In this document: piece after piece, positions 37,895-47,306 of the stretch
Position numbering within the stretch: position 1 is the first letter of the stretch
How the letters are laid out: the number at the start of each line of letters is the position of its first letter
Assembly (NCBI GenBank): GCA_964373955.1
Contig: CAYJXA010000001.1
Span: 34,079 to 98,078, forward strand
Direction: 5' to 3'
DNA from: an uncultured Methanosarcinales archaeon
GTDB taxonomy: Archaea; Nanobdellota; Nanobdellia; Woesearchaeales; GW2011-AR9
DNA: 64,000 bases
Translations under genes and position numbers: made by a program
The notes under the pieces: model-generated
The model's input: only the letters and a program-made list of their open reading frames with translations
Database searches by the model: none
What the model was told of the DNA's origin: nothing

Positions 37895-38176
37895 TCAAAA
37901 TAAGAATTCTTCAGTTATGCCATGGCATTTCTTAAGGACGTCAAGGTGAGTAGCTTTATCCCTAACCAATTTAACAACGGCTGGGCCACCACGTTTATTT
38001 TCCTCTAGCCACTTTTCAGCGAGCTTTATTTCTTGCTTTAGAAATGAACGTAAGTGCTCTTTATTTTCAAGTTTATGTTTCTTAATATGATCTAAAAGAG
38101 CGAGAAAATGAGGCTCTTTTTGCATTTCTTTAGGAACTACTTTCAGAAGTTCTTGCTTGAGTACCATTCCAATCAC
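37895..38176 (-). CDS. hypothetical protein
   Basis: 93-aa ORF. Confidence 0.35.
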   Translation of the reverse strand: MIGMVLKQELLKVVPKEMQKEPHFLALLDHIKKHKLENKEHLRSFLKQEIKLAEKWLEENKRGGPAVVKLVRDKATHLDVLKKCHGITEEFLF

Positions 38177-38279
38177 CTCAATGCTTACAAAATCTTTAAA
38201 TTAATAAAGGTTGTGAAGCTTCTTAATAAAAGCCTCTCGATTGCAACTCGCTCTTTTTAGTTTTCCGGCGTAATTCAGC

Positions 38280-38402
38280 GTACTTATCTTCTAAAGAAAA
38301 TTTAGGTGGACGGGGAAGGATCGTGGCGGAGGAACATTGAAGACACTTTTGCTGCAGGGTGTAACCACCGCAGGAAGAACATTTATGGATGTGCTCTGCC
38401 AT
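38280..38402 (-). CDS. nop10: Nop10-like H/ACA RNP protein (short, 40 aa; not in the ORF track)
   Basis: Hand-translated as MAEHIHKCSSCGGYTLQQKCLQCSSATILPRPPKFSLEDK. The zinc-ribbon CxxC...CxxC and PPRFS-like motif fit Nop10. Its ATG immediately follows the aIF2-alpha stop, as in the conserved archaeal gene order. Confidence 0.55.
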
Positions 38403-38403
38403 G

Positions 38404-39183
38404 TTATTCTACTTTTTCCCGTTCAAGTGAGGCAACAGAGAGTTTATCATTAAATTGTTCAAGTAACTGCCCTATCCTTTCCATATTTTTTTCTGCTGGT
38501 TTGTAATCTACATCTTCAATGACTACTTTATAACGCCCCGCTCCAAGATAAATTACCTTAACGGTAGGAGAAACTTTTTCGATCGCGAGCAGCGTGGTTC
38601 TTATTTTCTCTACCCCTTCAGCAGCATAGGTTTGCAGTTTTATTTCTCCTTTAAGGGCAATTTTAGGAGGTTTGAACTTCTCTATAACTGCGGTGGTAAT
38701 TTCTTTAGCTAGCGCTGCTTCCACACCAATCCTCTCCAAATTGGCAGTCCCTTCTACCAGATCTTTAAAGCAAAGATAGAAGTGGGAGTATTCTTTGAAA
38801 ATCTTAGCGGCAAGGTGAGCATATAATTCTGGAGCGGGCTTATTCAATTTTTTGGCGAGGTTCTTAATGAGACTTTCTGCTTTCAATTCTTGTTTAATCT
38901 CATCAATTTTCTCCATTCGCTGGGTAGAATTAACTCGGCGCAGGGAGAGATCAATATGCCCCCTCTCCCGATCAATCCGCAATACTTTACAGACGATCTC
39001 TCTTCCAATAGTTACATAATCACGTAAATTGCGAATTCTTCCTGCAGCAACCTCAGAGATGTGCACCATTCCCTGTTTTCCGTACTCTAAGAGTTCCACG
39101 AAGACGGAGTTAGGAAAAAGCTGGGTTACTTTACACAGTACTATCTCGTCTTCTTCCGGGTAGCCTTGGCGTTTGTAGAACAT
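38404..39183 (-). CDS. eif2a: translation initiation factor 2 alpha subunit (aIF2-alpha)
   Basis: N-terminal S1 domain (GMVHISEVAAGRIRNLRDYV...); 259 aa. Confidence 0.85.
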   Translation of the reverse strand: MFYKRQGYPEEDEIVLCKVTQLFPNSVFVELLEYGKQGMVHISEVAAGRIRNLRDYVTIGREIVCKVLRIDRERGHIDLSLRRVNSTQRMEKIDEIKQELKAESLIKNLAKKLNKPAPELYAHLAAKIFKEYSHFYLCFKDLVEGTANLERIGVEAALAKEITTAVIEKFKPPKIALKGEIKLQTYAAEGVEKIRTTLLAIEKVSPTVKVIYLGAGRYKVVIEDVDYKPAEKNMERIGQLLEQFNDKLSVASLEREKVE

Positions 39184-39226
39184 TTTACTGGGAGAATGAA
39201 CGCTATTTATAAAGATTTTTCGGGGA

Positions 39227-40060
39227 TTATTCTAATTGCAATAATTGATCAATAAACGGTGCCGTAAACTGGCCTTCCGCAACGCTGGAAACTTCTCCAG
39301 TCATAATCATCTGAAGCCCTTCCTGAATACGAATTTCCAAATTTCCGCCAGGCATGTGAACGGTTATTTCGTTATCGCATAATCCTTTTTCATAGCAAAC
39401 CCCTGCTGCCGCGCAGCTGCTGCTACCCGATGCTAAAGTGTAACCTGCACCCCGCTCCCAGATTTCGATTTGAATATTGCTCCGATCAAGAACTTTAACT
39501 AATTGGACGTTGGTACGCTCGGGAAAAAGAGGATGGCGTTCCACGATAGGGCCCAATTGCCGCACCATTTTTTCGGAAAGCTCATCGAAAGGTTGTAACA
39601 TCACGACGGCATGGGGATTGCCAACAGAAGCAGCATACACCCAACGTCGGGTAATACCTCCAATTTCCAAGTGCTCTTTCCACAATAAAGATAATGCCCC
39701 CATAGCAACAGTAAGATTCGTTGCTTCAGGATTGTTTCGAAGAACGCTAACCTTTCCTCCTTTTGTCATAATATCCAAAGAATCCGAAGTCGCTAGTCCA
39801 TGGTCCCATACATATTTTGCAAAAATGCGGATGCCATTTCCACTTTTTTCAGCTTCGCTTCCATCGGGATTGTAAATTTTAACCCTCGGAATCCCCTCTA
39901 CTTCAATCGGCCCATACAAAATACCGTCAGAACCCAAGCCAAAATTTCGATGACAAATCCTCTTCACTCTTTCAACATTCAGTGGAAGAGAAAAACGAGC
40001 TGGGTCAAGAACAATATAATCATTTCCTAAGGCATGATACTTAGAATAACACTCACTCAT
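39227..40060 (-). CDS. dapF: diaminopimelate epimerase
   Basis: YHALGNDYIVLD and NPDGSEAEKSGNGIRIF match the DapF signatures. Confidence 0.9.
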   Translation of the reverse strand: MSECYSKYHALGNDYIVLDPARFSLPLNVERVKRICHRNFGLGSDGILYGPIEVEGIPRVKIYNPDGSEAEKSGNGIRIFAKYVWDHGLATSDSLDIMTKGGKVSVLRNNPEATNLTVAMGALSLLWKEHLEIGGITRRWVYAASVGNPHAVVMLQPFDELSEKMVRQLGPIVERHPLFPERTNVQLVKVLDRSNIQIEIWERGAGYTLASGSSSCAAAGVCYEKGLCDNEITVHMPGGNLEIRIQEGLQMIMTGEVSSVAEGQFTAPFIDQLLQLE

Positions 40061-40062
40061 TC

Positions 40063-40242
40063 CTACTCCAACACTTCTAACACTCGTGCAGAAATCTTAG
40101 ATTTTCCACCAGTAGGATACGCTACCTCTTTATTGCAGACTAAACAATGAACCGTAGTGCTGGAATTGCCAAATATAATTTGTTCATTTTTGCATTTGGA
40201 ACAGCGCACTTTAATGAATTTGCTTTTGGTTGCGGCAATCAT
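40063..40242 (-). CDS. rps27e: 30S ribosomal protein S27e (not in the ORF track)
   Basis: Hand-translated as MIAATKSKFIKVRCSKCKNEQIIFGNSSTTVHCLVCNKEVAYPTGGKSKISARVLEVLE, with the C4 zinc ribbon of S27e. Confidence 0.85.
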   Translation of the reverse strand: MIAATKSKFIKVRCSKCKNEQIIFGNSSTTVHCLVCNKEVAYPTGGKSKISARVLEVLE

Positions 40243-40244
40243 CT

Positions 40245-40553
40245 TTAGACAAACTCCACCCGTTTAGCCCTAATACCATGGGACTGTGAACTGGATTTAT
40301 TGCAAATAGTACAAGTATATCTCAAATCAGTTTTCTTGGTGTTCTTAGCTCCCGTACGTTTGAATTTGGTAACTGCCGGCTTAGAATAGCGACCCCAACT
40401 GCCCACACCCCGAGCAACACCTCTCTTCCGGGCTCGATATTTTGATCCTCTGCTCAGGGAACTAGCGGCCCTCTTCTTATTCTGAGCCACTTTTTGTTCC
40501 GTGTGTTTCTTACAGGTCTTGCAGTACCGCTTTACCGTCTTGGGAATCTTCAT
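40245..40553 (-). CDS. rpl44e: 50S ribosomal protein L44e
   Basis: MKIPKTVKRYCKTCKKHTEQKV... with a second CxxC; Lys/Arg-rich. Confidence 0.9.
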   Translation of the reverse strand: MKIPKTVKRYCKTCKKHTEQKVAQNKKRAASSLSRGSKYRARKRGVARGVGSWGRYSKPAVTKFKRTGAKNTKKTDLRYTCTICNKSSSQSHGIRAKRVEFV

Positions 40554-40939
40554 GCTTAGCTTAAGAAAGCGGGTTATTTATAAAGTTTTGCAAAAAAGAA
40601 AAAGGGGGGAGGAAGGTATTTAAAGAAGGGCATCTAGGAAGGTTCATGACTCTCGACCAAGAAATAAATCAGGAAGAAGAAAGTAGGATATTAGATCGTC
40701 CCTTTCTATGGTTAATAACGGCAGCAAGTGTTATTCCAATGGATTACGCTATCCGAACGTATGTAGTACCACTCTTTGATTGGATCTATAAATAATTATG
40801 CACAAAATTTCGCCGGGTGTAAAACCAACCTTTTAGGGCAAAATTTTGGCACAAGAAAATCAACGTAATTTTCTGTGCAGAAATTAAGTAGTTTCTTAAT
40901 TTCTTGCATGCTAAAAATGGGGGGATTACCCCATTTTTA

Positions 40940-41284
40940 TCATAACAATCCAAGTTTCCCCGTGATTGCATCAACCTCACTCTCTCTCGCCGGACCAATA
41001 CCCACACAAGTTTTCGTGCCGGGAGCAATGACCGTTCTGCCCGCGTCGGTGATAAGCGCTGCAATGAGCCCTGCTTCTTTCGCTTGCTGAAAATAGGAAA
41101 GAAGTTCTTTTTCATCTTTCACTTTAAGAACTATTTTGGCCATGCCCTGGCTTCGCCACGCTTCCACCACTTTCTTATCCGATTTCAGAACTGCCTCTAC
41201 GGAAGCATGGGCGGCTTGAGCTGCTAATTTTCCCTTGGGTAGCTTTAAGTCCTGCCTTACGAGGATGATTTGTTTGTAGTCCAT
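40940..41284 (-). CDS. pth2: peptidyl-tRNA hydrolase (archaeal Pth2)
   Basis: KQIILVRQDLKLPKGKLAAQAAHASVEA matches the Pth2 core; the start is taken at the internal Met. Confidence 0.85.
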   Translation of the reverse strand: MDYKQIILVRQDLKLPKGKLAAQAAHASVEAVLKSDKKVVEAWRSQGMAKIVLKVKDEKELLSYFQQAKEAGLIAALITDAGRTVIAPGTKTCVGIGPARESEVDAITGKLGLL

Positions 41285-41955
41285 AATAAGTGCGCCGGGA
41301 GCGGGAATTCCGTTAAGGAAATTCGAACCCACATACTTTCGGGCGAGGGTGTGCTTGATTGAGCAACCCGCTCTTTTTCTTTTTATTAGTCAAAAAGGAA
41401 ATCGGCTACCACCGATCACAGACCGGTGGCATGCTCACTCACTTCATTTGCTCGAGTCGATTCCCTTTTGACTCCCAAAATTTTTCACTCTAACTGATGG
41501 GGTAGTGTTCTACGCCACCAGTCCTAGACTGGGTGGAAAATTTTGAGGATTCTGAGAAGAGATATAAAGCTTTCTTTTACAAATTGAGCGTGTCTTTTTT
41601 TAATAATAAGTGTATTTTAGAAAAAAGGTCGATGTTTTGAAAAATTATTCAAAAAAATCAAGTTTACTTTCAATTAATTTCCTGCTGACTTTAGAGAGAA
41701 TCACACCAAGAAACAATTCTTCTTTCAAGCTCAAGGAGCTTTAGGAATTGGCCTTTGCTTGGCTCAGATAGTGCATCAGGATGTTGGTTTCCTGGGTTAA
41801 GAGAAGCTTTCATAAAAACAAAATTATCTTTAATTTTAGCGCAGGTATCAGTAGAACCATTCTGATATCCTCAATCATATGCTTCTTGGCTACTAGAACA
41901 AGCTAAAGCTAAACCAACTCCAGCGTATCTTGCAAGTTGGTAAAAACCTCGCATT

Positions 41956-42744
41956 TTACTTCCCAGCTCTCCATTCTTTCTCAAATAAGGAGGCAAAATA
42001 ATCCACAAACTGAGGAGCTTCTATCCATACTGCGCAATCATAACTCTTGTGGACTTTCTCATCGTCAGTTAAGAACAGAAGCATTTCTTTGTTGTCAACG
42101 ATGCAAAATCGGGCATTCTCTTTATGCTGGCGCACTTTTCCAAGTTTAGAAAAGTTTTCAACAACGTCCTTGCTCGCATTCATGGGAACTGAAACGCGGA
42201 CATCTACGCCACTTTTGGCAGCCCGTTTTAAATAACCAGCAAGTAATTCGTATTTTCGCTCCGCTCCGGTCTTAGAAGCCATGATAGTAATGCTTTTTTT
42301 CGCATTCTTAACCATATAGACTAAATGTTCTTGAGCTTTTTCCTGGCCGCGGAACGCGCCGGATTTATCGGTGGGATCAATTAACTTAACTCCTTCGGTA
42401 TGTAAGGTGTTTAATTCTTCTAATACCGTGCTATCTTTGAGGTTAGATAATACTTTATTTCGTTGCTCGGCATCCTCTACAATTTTCTTCTTAACTCTCT
42501 CCACGACTTCAGCAGGAGGAACCGCTAAATATTTAATCGGTTTTCCTACTTTAACGATAATAAACCCTTTCTTCTCCAGAGATTCAAGAACATCATAAGC
42601 TCTGCTTCGAGGAACATTAGAGATGTCGGATAATTCTCCGGCGGTAGATACTCCTCGAGATAGAAGCGCAATCCATAGCTTGCTTTCGTACGAGTTGAGA
42701 CCGAAGTCTTTTAATTTGTTTAAAAACTCCTTTTGAACTATCAT
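41956..42744 (-). CDS. TrmB-family transcriptional regulator
   Basis: N-terminal wHTH (YESKLWIALLSRGVSTAGELSDISNVPRSRAYDVLESLEKKGFI) plus a TrmB-type C-terminal domain. Confidence 0.7.
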   Translation of the reverse strand: MIVQKEFLNKLKDFGLNSYESKLWIALLSRGVSTAGELSDISNVPRSRAYDVLESLEKKGFIIVKVGKPIKYLAVPPAEVVERVKKKIVEDAEQRNKVLSNLKDSTVLEELNTLHTEGVKLIDPTDKSGAFRGQEKAQEHLVYMVKNAKKSITIMASKTGAERKYELLAGYLKRAAKSGVDVRVSVPMNASKDVVENFSKLGKVRQHKENARFCIVDNKEMLLFLTDDEKVHKSYDCAVWIEAPQFVDYFASLFEKEWRAGK

Positions 42745-42886
42745 CTTGCGTTCCTCCGACGGTTTTATGATTATTTATACACTATCAACTTTTAACAAAC
42801 CTAGAACCCCTTTCACTGGAATAAGAGGTAGAAACCGCACTTATTTATAAATCTTTCGGATTATTTAGTACTTTTTAGTAGTTATA

Positions 42887-43186
42887 TTAACTATATGCTT
42901 CCCCGTCTACGGTAAAAAGATGGTTATCGTTGACGTGGAACAGGCCGATTCTTGCTCCCGCATCCAGCCAGCCATGGGCATAATTGAGAGCAGCAAACGC
43001 TAATACTGCATCATCTTTTTTCTCTAGGAAATAATGGGCATCGTCGTAATACCGCTGAGCCATGTCTAAGAAGTCCTTTGCTTCTTTCACGCGAGACGGA
43101 TCTAAAGCAACTTTGGCTTTTTCGAGCGCTTGTTTGGTTATAGAAAAATATTTTTCCAGTTTTTCTGTGGAGATATAGTTAGACAT
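42887..43186 (-). CDS. small conserved hypothetical protein
   Basis: 99-aa helical protein lying downstream of rpoK in the superoperon. Confidence 0.4.
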   Translation of the reverse strand: MSNYISTEKLEKYFSITKQALEKAKVALDPSRVKEAKDFLDMAQRYYDDAHYFLEKKDDAVLAFAALNYAHGWLDAGARIGLFHVNDNHLFTVDGEAYS

Positions 43187-43210
43187 AGATAGAAGGAATT
43201 TCTACAAAAT

Positions 43211-43447
43211 TTACTTCGCCTTTGCTCCCGGCCTCTTAACCGTGATGGGAAGAACATTCTCTTCAAATTCCATCAAGGCAATAGCAATGGGATCATACTT
43301 AATTTTCTGGAGATCGGTATCAGATAATTTCACTAAAAATGGCGCTCCCATGGATAACTGTAAAGCACGGGAACCAATCATGCGTGCTTTTTCATACTTA
43401 GTGTACTCCATTTCCCCTTCGAGATGAGCAGTTTTGGCATGTTTCAT
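43211..43447 (-). CDS. rpoK: DNA-directed RNA polymerase subunit K (Rpo6/Rpb6)
   Basis: [19 protein letters not shown] is the Rpb6/RpoK signature. Confidence 0.8.
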   Translation of the reverse strand: MKHAKTAHLEGEMEYTKYEKARMIGSRALQLSMGAPFLVKLSDTDLQKIKYDPIAIALMEFEENVLPITVKRPGAKAK

Positions 43448-43457
43448 AGTAATATCC

Positions 43458-44252
43458 TCACACCTTCAGAGCTCTGTGCAGCTCCGACCTTAAAAACTTT
43501 GCCTTTTCCAAAGCGACATCCACCATCTGTGATACTTCTGCAATAGCCAAAGGAGCCGCACCGCCTTTCTGCAACGCGGAGATAGTTCCTTTCGCATCAG
43601 ATGCAATAGTTAAGCGGGCATCATAGGCTTTTTCTTCTTCAGAAGTTGGATCGACTAACAAATTCCCATTGATTTTATAGACTGTAACGGGTAAGGGGTC
43701 TTTTAACAAGGGCAGACTTTTATCCGTCTTTGTTTTGTAATCAATTGCTCCCGTTTCGGGATCAACTACCGGGAATTTAGCTGATTTAAGAGCGGCTAGG
43801 GCTGCTAATCCAGCTGCATCTAAAAGGTTTCCGGCATCGTTAATACTAACAATGTCAATGCTAACAAACCAAGCTTTTTCACCCGGCTCAATACACAATT
43901 TCTTCATGTCGATAGCTTTGGCTTCTCGAATGCCTCGATCAACTACCCGAGCTAGTTCAATGGCTTTTGCTTGAGGCGGACCTGGTTCATATTCCGGACT
44001 GGATAAGGGCAGGAGTTCAGCGTTTACCATAATACCTCCTTCCTCGGCAGTATCATTGTATGGCTTTTCAATGGCCATTTTAACTCCGGCCATGACAATG
44101 GTTTCCCCAATCTGTACTTTCGCTGATCCTTCAGCAGTCCAGGAGATACCTGTTTCTATCTGAATTGGCTGGCGGTAATCCAATAATTGCCTCCCATCCA
44201 ATCTTTTGTTTTGAGCAGCAAGCTGAGCAATAGTTTCCTTGTTGATGATCAT
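43458..44252 (-). CDS. rrp42: exosome complex subunit Rrp42 (RNase PH-like, non-catalytic)
   Basis: RNase PH fold; paired with Rrp41 immediately upstream. Confidence 0.85.
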   Translation of the reverse strand: MIINKETIAQLAAQNKRLDGRQLLDYRQPIQIETGISWTAEGSAKVQIGETIVMAGVKMAIEKPYNDTAEEGGIMVNAELLPLSSPEYEPGPPQAKAIELARVVDRGIREAKAIDMKKLCIEPGEKAWFVSIDIVSINDAGNLLDAAGLAALAALKSAKFPVVDPETGAIDYKTKTDKSLPLLKDPLPVTVYKINGNLLVDPTSEEEKAYDARLTIASDAKGTISALQKGGAAPLAIAEVSQMVDVALEKAKFLRSELHRALKV

Positions 44253-44253
44253 C

Positions 44254-44958
44254 TTAATTCTCTCCGTAAAACTTTTCTTTTAAAGCTTTTTTTTGCAGTT
44301 CGTACACTTTTTCGGTTGCTACTTTTGCTAATTCTAAAGCTTTCAGTAAATCTTCTTTGGATATTTCTCCATCCATTTGCAACAAACTTATTTCTTTCTT
44401 ATTATGAGTCATGGCTACGGGAATGTCAGAAACAATGGCATCATATGCCTCTTCATTATAATTTAAATCCGCCAGCACTGCGCCATCAACTTGGCCCACG
44501 GCAACAGAACTAACCATATCTTTCATCGGAATTCCCGCATCCGCTAAGGCTATTGCTGCTGCAGAAATCGCGGCGCACCGTGTTCCAGCGTCAGTTTGAG
44601 GAAGATCAACAAAAACATCGACAACGGCATTTGGAAAAGCAGATAAATCTACCATCGGTTCAAGCGCGGTAGTCATAACCATGGAAATTTCTTGCGCTCT
44701 CCTATTTGCTCCCGGTCGGATACGTTCTCCAGATCCTGAAAAAGGCATCATACTGTAAAAACAGCGCACTATCCCCTTCTGCGGATTTTGCAGGAACTTT
44801 GGGAAAAGTTCTCGAGGACCATACACGGCGGCATAGGCAAAGGTTTTCCCGATTTTGAAATAGGCTGAACCATCAGCATTGGGAATAACTCCTGCTTTGG
44901 CTTCCATCGGACGCAATTCATCAACTGCACGTCCATCCAATCTTTTCTTATAGGCCAT
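44254..44958 (-). CDS. rrp41: exosome complex exonuclease Rrp41 (RNase PH)
   Basis: RLDGRAVDELRP...NADGSAYFKIGKT...AAVYGPRE...RPGANRRAQEISM matches Rrp41. Confidence 0.9.
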   Translation of the reverse strand: MAYKKRLDGRAVDELRPMEAKAGVIPNADGSAYFKIGKTFAYAAVYGPRELFPKFLQNPQKGIVRCFYSMMPFSGSGERIRPGANRRAQEISMVMTTALEPMVDLSAFPNAVVDVFVDLPQTDAGTRCAAISAAAIALADAGIPMKDMVSSVAVGQVDGAVLADLNYNEEAYDAIVSDIPVAMTHNKKEISLLQMDGEISKEDLLKALELAKVATEKVYELQKKALKEKFYGEN

Positions 44959-45643
44959 TTTGTTTGTTCTCCTCTAGAAATTTCTGCACACGGTCAGTTA
45001 ACCCTTCTTGATGGGATTTACTTTCAATCAGGCGGATAGCTCTCTCGGCAAGTAATTCTCCTTCTGGTGATCCTTTCACCCAGACTAAGCCATTCTGGCC
45101 AACAGTGATCTCACAGCCTGTTTTTTCTTTGATCAGCGAAATCATGCTCCCTTGTTTTCCGATAACCCGAGGCACTTTTTGGCTGTTAATTCTAATTATC
45201 CGTCCGCCAGAGATTTTATGCAAACCTGGCTCACGCATCACTAAATCAATTAAGTTTTGAGAGGTTACATTGACAATTTTTGCGACAATGTATTCGCCGA
45301 TAGCAATGATTTGACTTAAGTCTTCTTCTTTCTTGACGAAACGGGAAGTCGCATCTTTAACATTTAACATTGCTGAATATGCCGTTCCGGTATCTACTCG
45401 CCAGCCGCTAAACGCAATATCAGTGACTCTTCCAATGATCTTATCTCCTGGTCGAGGAATATATGGGCCAGATAGAGGAGTAATCCTTAAGACTCTTCCC
45501 TGCAAGGACACTAATCCCAGCACTTTAGAATAAATATTCTCATTTTCCCGGTAAGTGTTATCTCCGGGAAGATAATCCATTCCTTCCGCAAGAACTTCTC
45601 CTGGAATGACCACGTCCCTTTCCTTAACAACAATAGTACTCAT
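44948..45643 (-). CDS. rrp4: exosome complex RNA-binding subunit Rrp4 (S1 + KH)
   Basis: S1 domain followed by a KH domain (IGKQGSMISLIKEKTGCEITVGQNGLVWV). Confidence 0.85.
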   Translation of the reverse strand: MSTIVVKERDVVIPGEVLAEGMDYLPGDNTYRENENIYSKVLGLVSLQGRVLRITPLSGPYIPRPGDKIIGRVTDIAFSGWRVDTGTAYSAMLNVKDATSRFVKKEEDLSQIIAIGEYIVAKIVNVTSQNLIDLVMREPGLHKISGGRIIRINSQKVPRVIGKQGSMISLIKEKTGCEITVGQNGLVWVKGSPEGELLAERAIRLIESKSHQEGLTDRVQKFLEENKQNGL

Positions 45644-45870
45644 TTTTTATTACCCGCACCGTGTATATATGATCGTGAAAGCGTGCGGATATACTCTCCT
45701 TTTCACTCTCTGTGCTACGTAAATATGCGGTTTATTTAAAAGGTTTGCGGTGGGAAATGGGGAGATCATCTTTAAAATTGATTACGCATCACCGTAGAGA
45801 ACACCAAGTGAAGATAGTACTAAGAATTACCTTCGATACCTTTTTATATTTCTCCCTCCCCCATAAGGAT

Positions 45871-46230
45871 ATGAAAAAAGAGCTGGAACTAGTGAAAGAA
45901 TTTCATCTGAAATTTAAAGCGCCAGTGTTAGAAAAGCCTTCCCTTATTCCGGCAGACAGATCTGCGTTGCGGCATAATTTAATGAAAGATGAGGTTGCTG
46001 AATACAACGAGGGAGTGCAACAGCAAGATTTGGAAAATGTCGCCAAAGAATTAGCCGATATTTTATATGCTGTTTATGGAACCATTCTTGAGCACGGGTT
46101 GCAGGACAAGATGGAAGACGTTTTTGAAGAAGTGCATCGTTCCAATATGAGCAAAGATTACCACCAATATAAAATGGTCAAAGGCGCAGGATATTTTAAA
46201 GCGGATGTTAAGAAAGTGTTGGAGAAATAA
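45871..46230 (+). CDS. MazG-like nucleotide pyrophosphohydrolase
   Basis: EVAEYNEG...ENVAKELADILYAVYG is the MazG/HisE-type EExxE helix pair. Start taken at MKKELE; the start coordinate is within ±1 nt. Confidence 0.55.
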   Translation: MKKELELVKEFHLKFKAPVLEKPSLIPADRSALRHNLMKDEVAEYNEGVQQQDLENVAKELADILYAVYGTILEHGLQDKMEDVFEEVHRSNMSKDYHQYKMVKGAGYFKADVKKVLEK

Positions 46231-46347
46231 TGGTTGCATATCATCCGCTGACAAAAGGGGAACATCCATTTAGAGGCTATTTATTCAACACTTAATAGTA
46301 GTGAAATTATAGAAAGAATTATAAAGTTAGCCTCTCTCCTCGCTTCT

Positions 46348-46818
46348 ATGAACATCCGACTTCCCGATCGATACCAATTAAGAGATTATGCTACAGCTAT
46401 TATACCGCTAAGCTTACTTGGTTCCATGGCCTTTCTCATTGCTCAACTCGGATTAGCTTATATCCCTTCAACATTCTCAGAAGAGATCACCACTCAAAAT
46501 CGACTAGAACAAGTAGTGAGAGAAGAAGCAGAAGAATTGGGATTAGATTCTAATGATATTAAAGCGGAGTTTGGAAGTTGTCCGCAAGGAAGAGCCTGTT
46601 CCACCTCTTATATGGTTCGATTAGATGGAGATAGAACAAGGAATGCAGTGCAACATGAACTTTATCACATTTACAAAGATCATCACGATATGAAAGATCC
46701 GTTAGACTTAGAGGGATTCTTGAATCATCCCGTAGATCAAGCAGGATTATTTCTAAAAGGATTAGTTGTATGTGAAACCCAAGCTAATGTGTATGCTGCT
46801 TTCGGGATAAAATTATAA
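46348..46818 (+). CDS. small membrane-anchored protein with HExxH motif
   Basis: N-terminal TM helix; HELYHIYKDHHD motif. Confidence 0.4.
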   Translation: MNIRLPDRYQLRDYATAIIPLSLLGSMAFLIAQLGLAYIPSTFSEEITTQNRLEQVVREEAEELGLDSNDIKAEFGSCPQGRACSTSYMVRLDGDRTRNAVQHELYHIYKDHHDMKDPLDLEGFLNHPVDQAGLFLKGLVVCETQANVYAAFGIKL

Positions 46819-46824
46819 TGAGAG

Positions 46825-47298
46825 TTACACCCTAACTAATCTCTTCAAGTCTTCTAACACTTCCTTCGCATGTTCTGCCGGGTTAACGTGTTCATAGATT
46901 TTTACTATTTTTCCTTTCGGATTAACCAGAAAGGATGTCCTAAATGTTCCCAGATATTCTTTTCCCATAAACTTCTTTTTGCCCCATACTCCGTAGAGCT
47001 TTACTACTTTTTTGTCCTGATCAGATAGGAGAGTAAATGGAAGAGCGTATTTCTTCTTAAATTTCTGGTGGCTCTTGACGGAATCAACACTCACTCCTAG
47101 CACCATAGCATTACAGTTGGAAAATTCTTTCCAAGAATCACGCAAAGCACAGGCTTCAGCAGTGCAGCCGGGAGTATCATCTTTTGGATAAAAGTAAAGT
47201 AAAACCCATTTACTCTTATACTGAGAGAGTGCATGTTTCTTCCCAGATTGATCTGGAACGATAAAATCCGGAGCTTGCTGCTTTAGTTTTAATTTCAT
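46825..47298 (-). CDS. bcp: peroxiredoxin (Bcp/thiol peroxidase family)
   Basis: FYPKDDTPGCT is the peroxidatic cysteine motif. Confidence 0.9.
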   Translation of the reverse strand: MKLKLKQQAPDFIVPDQSGKKHALSQYKSKWVLLYFYPKDDTPGCTAEACALRDSWKEFSNCNAMVLGVSVDSVKSHQKFKKKYALPFTLLSDQDKKVVKLYGVWGKKKFMGKEYLGTFRTSFLVNPKGKIVKIYEHVNPAEHAKEVLEDLKRLVRV

Positions 47299-47306
47299 GT
47301 ATCCCC

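Noticed and set aside
40786-41115. 109-aa and 71-aa ORFs overlapping pth2
   Set aside because: They overlap the well-supported Pth2 reading frame and have no motif or independent support.
41296-41380. tRNA-like element (7-bp GC acceptor-like stem GAGCGGG/CCCGCTC with a GGGTTCGAAT stretch)
   Set aside because: I could not fold canonical D, anticodon and T arms; the T-stem does not pair. It is kept only as part of the candidate ncRNA region.
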